Of a stretch of DNA of 56,633 bases, positions 51,681 to 56,633 are shown in pieces. The position numbers were made by a program, and so were the translations under genes. The DNA comes from a virus, in the IMG/VR virus record IMGVR_UViG_3300033182_000185. One strand, given 5' to 3'. Positions within the stretch are counted from its first letter, which is position 1; each line of letters begins with the position of its first letter. Below the pieces are notes generated by a model. That model was not told the DNA's origin, did not search any database, and saw only the letters and a list, made by a program, of their open reading frames with translations.

Positions 51681-52013
51681 ATGGCACAGGACTTTGAACG
51701 AGCATACTCATCTGCCGTAGGCACTAGTGAGGCAACTCTGTTAACTAGCAACTCAGATGATGCGTTGATTGGTATTCGGGTTACCAACATTCTTTCATCT
51801 GCTGTTACCTGCGATTGCTACATTGATGCAACTGGCGCGGGTACTGACTATCACATCTGTAAAGGACTTACGATTCCGCCTAACTCATCTGTTGAGTTGA
51901 TTCAGGGCGGCGCAAAGATCGTAATTCAAAGCGGCGATATTCTTCATGCGAAATCAAACACTGGGTCTGCTCTGGACATTTGGGTTTCGTATGTAGATAG
52001 CATTTCTACATAA
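51681..52013 (+). CDS. Hypothetical tail-module protein
   Basis: ORF track, 110 aa. Confidence 0.5.
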   Translation: MAQDFERAYSSAVGTSEATLLTSNSDDALIGIRVTNILSSAVTCDCYIDATGAGTDYHICKGLTIPPNSSVELIQGGAKIVIQSGDILHAKSNTGSALDIWVSYVDSIST

Positions 52014-52022
52014 GGGGGCGAC

Positions 52023-52196
52023 ATGGCTGAAGTAGTTAATGGGAACCAGTATATTGGGCAAGAGCCTGCAAAGGATGGGTTCTATATTCATCAGGCTACT
52101 ATTGATGGTGACTACACCATTGAATCAGCCGTGCTTGCAGGGCCAGTTACTCTGACAGGAACCGTCACTGTAACTGGTACATTGGTGATCGTATGA
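52023..52196 (+). CDS. Small hypothetical protein (57 aa)
   Basis: Hand translation: MAEVVNGNQYIGQEPAKDGFYIHQATIDGDYTIESAVLAGPVTLTGTVTVTGTLVIV*. It has an ATGA overlap with the next gene. Confidence 0.45.
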   Translation: MAEVVNGNQYIGQEPAKDGFYIHQATIDGDYTIESAVLAGPVTLTGTVTVTGTLVIV

Positions 52197-52768
52197 GTAC
52201 GCTAAATGTAAATGCAATTGACAAAGAGTCAGGCTCAACTCTGACTCTCGGAACTAGCGGGACAACCGTAGACATCCCATCCGGCGCAACCATTGACGCA
52301 ACAGGAGCCACGGTAACAGGTTTTGGTTTGTTCTCATCTTACGCCATCATCGCAGATCAAAAATCTCAGAATACAGCGGGTGGCACATTTACTTCTGGCG
52401 CATGGCGAACAAGAGATTTAAATACTGAAATTGCTGACCCTGATGGGATTGTTTCTATTTCCTCAAATCAGTTTACGTTGGGTGCGGGAAATTATTTGAT
52501 TCGGTGGGGTTGCCCATCTTATGCAGTCCAACGGCAACAATCCCGCCTATATAACACTACAGATTCTTCCGTTGATGGTATTAGTATGGTCAACTATTCA
52601 GCGGTTGCTTGGGTTTCCCAAGGATCAACAAGGTTGGTTATTACTGGTTCAAAAACATTTGAACTACAGCATAAATGTGACACTACATATTCGACCAATG
52701 GCTTTGGTTATGCTGCCAACATTGGCACAGAACAATACACTACAGTCGAAATCTTCAAGGAGGCGTAA
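52193..52768 (+). CDS. Tail fibre / receptor-binding-like protein
   Basis: 191 aa. The N-terminus 'STLNVNAIDKESGSTLTLGTSGTTVDIPSGATIDATGATVTGFG' is followed by a beta-rich C-terminal domain. Confidence 0.55.
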   Translation: MSTLNVNAIDKESGSTLTLGTSGTTVDIPSGATIDATGATVTGFGLFSSYAIIADQKSQNTAGGTFTSGAWRTRDLNTEIADPDGIVSISSNQFTLGAGNYLIRWGCPSYAVQRQQSRLYNTTDSSVDGISMVNYSAVAWVSQGSTRLVITGSKTFELQHKCDTTYSTNGFGYAANIGTEQYTTVEIFKEA

Positions 52769-52977
52769 TGGACATCAATCTTTGTATACATCATTTGGGT
52801 CTTAACGCCAATCAGTATCGGCTAAACCAATCACCACCCCCACATGAAATCATTGAGTGGAACGGTGACGCCCCACAACCAACACAAGCAGAACTGGAAA
52901 CAGCATGGGCTGAGATTGAGGCTGATGCTGATTATCAAGCGTATCTTGCCGATCCGACAGCGAGGTATCCGAAGTGA
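52768..52977 (+). CDS. Small fibre-associated (chaperone-like) protein
   Basis: 69 aa, acidic, ending in '...ARYPK'. It shares its position and C-terminal motif with 53597-53899. Confidence 0.45.
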   Translation: MDINLCIHHLGLNANQYRLNQSPPPHEIIEWNGDAPQPTQAELETAWAEIEADADYQAYLADPTARYPK

Positions 52978-53600
52978 GTAGCGAACTAAAGACAAACAAG
53001 ATCAGCCCTGCCACAGGGACGGCGCTGACCCTAGCAGATTCTGGCGATACTCTGACGTTGCCGTCAGGAGCGACACTCGACATTGCATCAGGCGCGACGA
53101 TCACGAACAGTGGGACAGCGACAGGGTTTGGAAAGGTGTTGCAAGTTGTTCAGACAGTAAAGAGCGATACCTTTTCCACCACATCAACCTCTTATGTGGA
53201 TGTCACAGGATTATCGGCAACGATTACCCCATCAAGCGCATCAAATAAGATTGTCGTGTCGGTGAACATTATCCCCAATAATTCTCACACGGCCTATTTC
53301 TTCAAGTTATTCCGTGATTCTACTGAAATTGGATCAGGCGATGCGGCGACAAGTCAAGAGCCGTGTTTTACCAGCGGCACGTCAGGTGGTTCGACTAGTG
53401 GCGGGGGTTACTATGGACTGGAACAAAGAGGCATTGAATATTTAGATTCACCAAGCACAACGTCTGCAACGACTTACAAAATTCAATGTCGTTCCCACAA
53501 TAGTTCTTATACAACCTATCTTAATCGCACTGTCTTTAACGCAGACGAATTTAACGGTAGAGGAATCTCAACCGTAACTTTATGGGAGATAGAAGGATGA
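52974..53600 (+). CDS. Tail fibre / receptor-binding-like protein
   Basis: 208 aa. The N-terminus 'LKTNKISPATGTALTLADSGDTLTLPSGATLDIASGATITNSGTATGFG' is homologous to that of 52193-52768. Confidence 0.55.
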   Translation: MSSELKTNKISPATGTALTLADSGDTLTLPSGATLDIASGATITNSGTATGFGKVLQVVQTVKSDTFSTTSTSYVDVTGLSATITPSSASNKIVVSVNIIPNNSHTAYFFKLFRDSTEIGSGDAATSQEPCFTSGTSGGSTSGGGYYGLEQRGIEYLDSPSTTSATTYKIQCRSHNSSYTTYLNRTVFNADEFNGRGISTVTLWEIEG

Positions 53601-53899
53601 ACCACGAAGCAATCTATAACACTCATCCTAATGTCGTTTCCATTGACGACACCGCAGGCGCAATGGACGCACAAGGCAATCCTGTTGCTATTGACCAAGC
53701 CGCATACGAAGCAGAAGTAGCACGGCTAGAAGCAGAACACAACGCCACCCAATACCAACGAGATCGAGCCGCTGAATACCCATCCATCGAAGCACTTGTC
53801 GTAGCCCTCTGGGAAGGCGTAGTGGAAGAACGAATGGCGGCAGTCACCGCTCTTGAGGCGATCCGTCAAGAGATCAAAGCGAGGTATCCCAAACCATGA
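53597..53899 (+). CDS. Small fibre-associated (chaperone-like) protein
   Basis: Track ORF trimmed to the ATG overlapping the upstream stop (ATGA). 100 aa, ending in '...IKARYPKP'. Confidence 0.45.
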   Translation: MNHEAIYNTHPNVVSIDDTAGAMDAQGNPVAIDQAAYEAEVARLEAEHNATQYQRDRAAEYPSIEALVVALWEGVVEERMAAVTALEAIRQEIKARYPKP

Positions 53900-54315
53900 G
53901 TACATTAAAAGTTAATGCTATTAGTCCTCGTAGCGGCACTGATATATCTTTCGCAGATAATGTAGTTTTACGCCCCGAAATCAAAGACTACGCCGAAACT
54001 GTAAACGCTATCGGAAGCATTGGCGGCGGCACTCAGGACATTGATCTGGAGTCTGGCAATGTGGTCACAGGCACGGTAGACACCTCGACAACGACCTTCA
54101 CCTTCTCCAATCCCCCGGCATCCGGCAAAGCGGGATCGTTCACGCTGATCCTGACTAACGGTGGATCGCAAACGGTGAACTGGCCTGCAAGCGTAGATTG
54201 GGCAGGAGGTACTGCCCCAACTCTTACGACTTCGGGTGTCGATGTTCTGACCTTCACCACGGTTGACGGTGGCACGATCTGGTACGGATTCCTCTCCGGC
54301 GCGGATATGTCCTAA
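53896..54315 (+). CDS. Tail-fibre-like protein
   Basis: 139 aa. The N-terminus 'STLKVNAISPRSGTDISF' is of the same type as the two fibre-like genes above. Confidence 0.5.
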   Translation: MSTLKVNAISPRSGTDISFADNVVLRPEIKDYAETVNAIGSIGGGTQDIDLESGNVVTGTVDTSTTTFTFSNPPASGKAGSFTLILTNGGSQTVNWPASVDWAGGTAPTLTTSGVDVLTFTTVDGGTIWYGFLSGADMS

Positions 54316-54899
54316 TGCCTTTAGGCGCTAATAAAGCCGCCCTCTTTGGCGTAGCGGGAGTATCAACAGGATCAGCCGTGTTGTTGTCTACTGCGACAGC
54401 AAGCAATGACACCTCGATAGAGTTCACGTTGCCGACTGCGTACAAGCAGATTGTATTTGGGTTTTATAACATTACACCCGCAACGGATACCGCCGGGTTT
54501 CAATTCCAAGTCAACGCCGATGGTCAAACTGGTTATAACGAAACAATTACCTCTACCTATTTCTATGCAATACATGACGAAGCGAATACCACCGCATCCC
54601 TATCTTACGAGGGCAGTTTAGATTTAGCGCAAGGGACGAGTTATCAGCCATTGGCATCCTATCTTGGGAACGGTGCCGATGAAAGTTTGGCGGGAATATT
54701 GCATTTGTTTAATCCGGCATCAACTACCTACGTTAAGCATTTTTATTCAACACGAAATTATCACAGCGCACATAATTACACGGTCAATGGCTTTACAGGA
54801 GGATACATCAATACGACCACGAACCTCTCAGAAATTTCCTTCAAAATGTCATCAGGCAATATTTCTAGCGGTACGATAAAAATGTGGGGGGTTACTTAA
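54315..54899 (+). CDS. Paralogue 1 of a tandem three-gene family
   Basis: 194 aa. Shared blocks are '(S)(I/V)EFT', 'DLAQ', 'G.G.DES.AG' and 'LFNPASTTYVKHFYS'. Confidence 0.65.
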   Translation: MPLGANKAALFGVAGVSTGSAVLLSTATASNDTSIEFTLPTAYKQIVFGFYNITPATDTAGFQFQVNADGQTGYNETITSTYFYAIHDEANTTASLSYEGSLDLAQGTSYQPLASYLGNGADESLAGILHLFNPASTTYVKHFYSTRNYHSAHNYTVNGFTGGYINTTTNLSEISFKMSSGNISSGTIKMWGVT

Positions 54900-54903
54900 A
54901 ACA

Positions 54904-55446
54904 ATGACCGACTGGAAACTACTCAATACCTCCACAGCATCAGGCGCAAGCAGTGTCGAGTTTACTGACCTCACAGGCTACAAGATATTTAAGTTCGTTT
55001 TTGTTGATGTGAATCCTGATACGGATGACCGGCATTTTTCTTTTCAAGCCAGTACGGACTCCGGCAGTACCTATGCTACGACACTAACCACGACATATTT
55101 TTGGGCTTATCACAAAGAGGACGACAGTGCTACAAGCCTTGGATACAACACCTCCCGCGACCTAGCGCAATCGACTGATTTCCAAAACCTTTGTCATTCT
55201 ATCGGCAGTGGGTCTGATGAATCTTGCGCGGGAGAATTATTTTTATTCAATCCGGCATCCACTACTTACGTTAAACATTTTTACTCCCGATCAATTGCGT
55301 ATGACGCAAATAATCAGGCTGATAATGTTTATGTCGCCGGATATTTCAATACGACCAGTGCGCTAGACGCGATCAAATTTATGTTCACTGGTGGAAGTAC
55401 AAACTTTGACGGCACAATAAAACAATACGGGTTGATAGCAACATGA
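54904..55446 (+). CDS. Paralogue 2 of a tandem three-gene family
   Basis: 180 aa with 'SSVEFT', 'RDLAQS', 'GSGSDESCAGELFLFNPASTTYVKHFYS'. Confidence 0.65.
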   Translation: MTDWKLLNTSTASGASSVEFTDLTGYKIFKFVFVDVNPDTDDRHFSFQASTDSGSTYATTLTTTYFWAYHKEDDSATSLGYNTSRDLAQSTDFQNLCHSIGSGSDESCAGELFLFNPASTTYVKHFYSRSIAYDANNQADNVYVAGYFNTTSALDAIKFMFTGGSTNFDGTIKQYGLIAT

Positions 55447-55988
55447 GCGGAAAATTAACTCTCATCTCATCAGCCACGGCATCAGGTTCGTCAAGCGTGG
55501 AGTTCACCAGTGGGATTGATTCGACGTATGACGAGTATGTCATCTTTGTGGTGAATTGCAGACCCGACAATGACGGAACTTTGTTGCAACTCAAATCCTC
55601 GACTGACGGAGGATCGTCGTGGGGCGTGACAACCACTAACACATTTTTCATGGCAGAGCATAATGAGAGCGGGTCTGGCGCAAGCCTCGCTTATCAGACA
55701 TCTTTGGATGTAGCCCAATCAAGCAGTTATCCACCTTACGCCCATCTAACGCAGGGTATTGGGAGTGATGCGGATCAATGCGCGTCTGGAGAAGTGCATA
55801 TTTTTTCACCAAGTTCCACAACCAAAGTCAAACATTTCTATTCAAAGTTTTCGACGACACACAATGCGGATCGAATGGTGAACGATTTCATGGCGGGATA
55901 CTGGAATACTACTTCCGCAATTAATGCGTTAGCCCTTCATGGAGCGGGCCCGCTAAACGGAAATTTTTATCTTTTCGGAGTAAGTTAA
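55443..55988 (+). CDS. Paralogue 3 of a tandem three-gene family
   Basis: 181 aa with 'SSVEFT', 'LDVAQS', 'GSDADQCASGEVHIFSPSSTTKVKHFYS'. Confidence 0.65.
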   Translation: MSGKLTLISSATASGSSSVEFTSGIDSTYDEYVIFVVNCRPDNDGTLLQLKSSTDGGSSWGVTTTNTFFMAEHNESGSGASLAYQTSLDVAQSSSYPPYAHLTQGIGSDADQCASGEVHIFSPSSTTKVKHFYSKFSTTHNADRMVNDFMAGYWNTTSAINALALHGAGPLNGNFYLFGVS

Positions 55989-56282
55989 ATGCACAAAATA
56001 GTAAACGGTCAGCGCGTCGAATTAACCGCTGAAGAAATATCACAACGCGAAGCGGAGGAAGCGGCATGGAACGCTGGTGCGTTTGATCGTGCAATGGCTG
56101 ACCTTCGATCCCGCCGGAACCAACTGCTTGCATCAAGCGACTGGACGCAGTGCGCTGATGTTGCGCTCACGGTTGAGATGGACACCGCATGGCGAAACTA
56201 TCGACAAGCATTGCGTGATCTTCCGGCAGGGCTGAGAACCGCTGATGATGTGAGAGCGGTGGAATTCCCGACTGCGCCTTAA
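55989..56282 (+). CDS. Tail-fibre assembly/chaperone-like protein
   Basis: 97 aa. 'RRNQLLASSDWTQ....W..YRQALRDLP' is a pattern typical of phage tail-fibre assembly proteins, recalled from memory. Confidence 0.5.
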   Translation: MHKIVNGQRVELTAEEISQREAEEAAWNAGAFDRAMADLRSRRNQLLASSDWTQCADVALTVEMDTAWRNYRQALRDLPAGLRTADDVRAVEFPTAP

Positions 56283-56364
56283 CGATGACAGGTCATCGAA
56301 AAGCCCTCGCCCTTGCCCTCGCGCTGATCGCTTCTCTATCATCTAATCACGTTAGGTATATCTA

Positions 56365-56633
56365 ATGCCTAATCCGTGGGATTCATGGTCATCCAATACT
56401 GATAGTTGGAGCGCGGCTACCTATAAATGGGATGATCATTTACTTTATCCTTCTGCAAATACTTTAGCACTAAATGGGTACGCTCCTTCTGAAGTAGGTA
56501 ACTATTTATTTTACCCACAAGAAGTTACTATCAGTTTAGGAGGGCATTCTCCAGACCTTAAGTTTAGTCTTGCGCCAAGCATTGGGGCAGGCACTTTAGC
56601 AGTTAATGGACAGGCTCCTGTATTTGCTAAGGG
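56365..56633 (+). CDS. 5' part of the junction-spanning gene (continues at nt 2-373 after circularisation)
   Basis: ATG 56365: MPNPWDSWSSNTDSWSAATYKWDDHLLYPSANTLALNGYAPSEVGNYLFYPQ.... The frame is open to the window end and in frame with 2-373. Confidence 0.7.
   Translation, partial: MPNPWDSWSSNTDSWSAATYKWDDHLLYPSANTLALNGYAPSEVGNYLFYPQEVTISLGGHSPDLKFSLAPSIGAGTLAVNGQAPVFAK
56493..56633. repeat. Terminal direct duplication, copy 2 (identical to nt 1-141)
   Basis: See copy 1. Confidence 0.95.

Noticed and set aside
1-56633. Prophage or integrated-element interpretation
   Set aside because: There is no integrase, excisionase, CI/Cro-like repressor pair, att-like flanks or host genes. The window closes on itself as a free phage genome.

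Overview
The window is a complete tailed dsDNA phage genome. Nt 1-141 are identical to nt 56493-56633, so the unit length is 56,492 bp and one gene reads across the join. Structural genes follow a podovirus (T7-like) order, while early functions look lambdoid or plasmid-like.

Two divergent transcription arms leave a ~0.9-kb non-coding control region at 41.7-42.6 kb.
- The plus-strand late arm runs from terS (42597) through an insert, terL, small membrane and lysis-like genes, and several tail-fibre plus chaperone cassettes. It then crosses the junction to portal, scaffold, capsid, a GT9-like glycosyltransferase, tail adaptor/nozzle and internal virion proteins, including a 2,741-aa giant protein, and ends at 23283.
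- The minus-strand early arm runs from a consensus sigma70 promoter at 41723-41751 down to 23309. It encodes many small ORFs, an AAA(MoxR-like)/VWA-peptidase module, a gp4-like primase-helicase and a resolvase-like nuclease. It also encodes a Q-like zinc protein, NinB, a Rad52-like annealase, a PD-(D/E)XK exonuclease, SSB, dUTPase, ribonucleotide reductase, a phosphoesterase and a Lar-like mini-protein.

I found no DNA polymerase, RNA polymerase, integrase, repressor, tRNA or CRISPR array.

The most unusual signals are:
1. About 1.4 kb of ORF-poor, GC-rich, hairpin-dense sequence lies directly downstream of the early promoter. Its GNRA tetraloops are all on the transcribed strand. It surrounds one 168-aa ORF that is bracketed by a 19/20 inverted repeat, which suggests candidate large structured RNA(s).
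2. A plasmid- or chromosome-like origin has a ~146-bp duplicated iteron unit, four perfect same-orientation DnaA boxes (TTATCCACA) and an 86-nt almost pure A/T tract.
3. The giant multi-domain virion protein carries an HExxH motif.
4. Two glycosyltransferase-like genes sit inside the structural modules.
5. Several genes below the ORF-track size cut-off were found by hand translation.

All family calls rest on motif recognition by eye, not on database searches.
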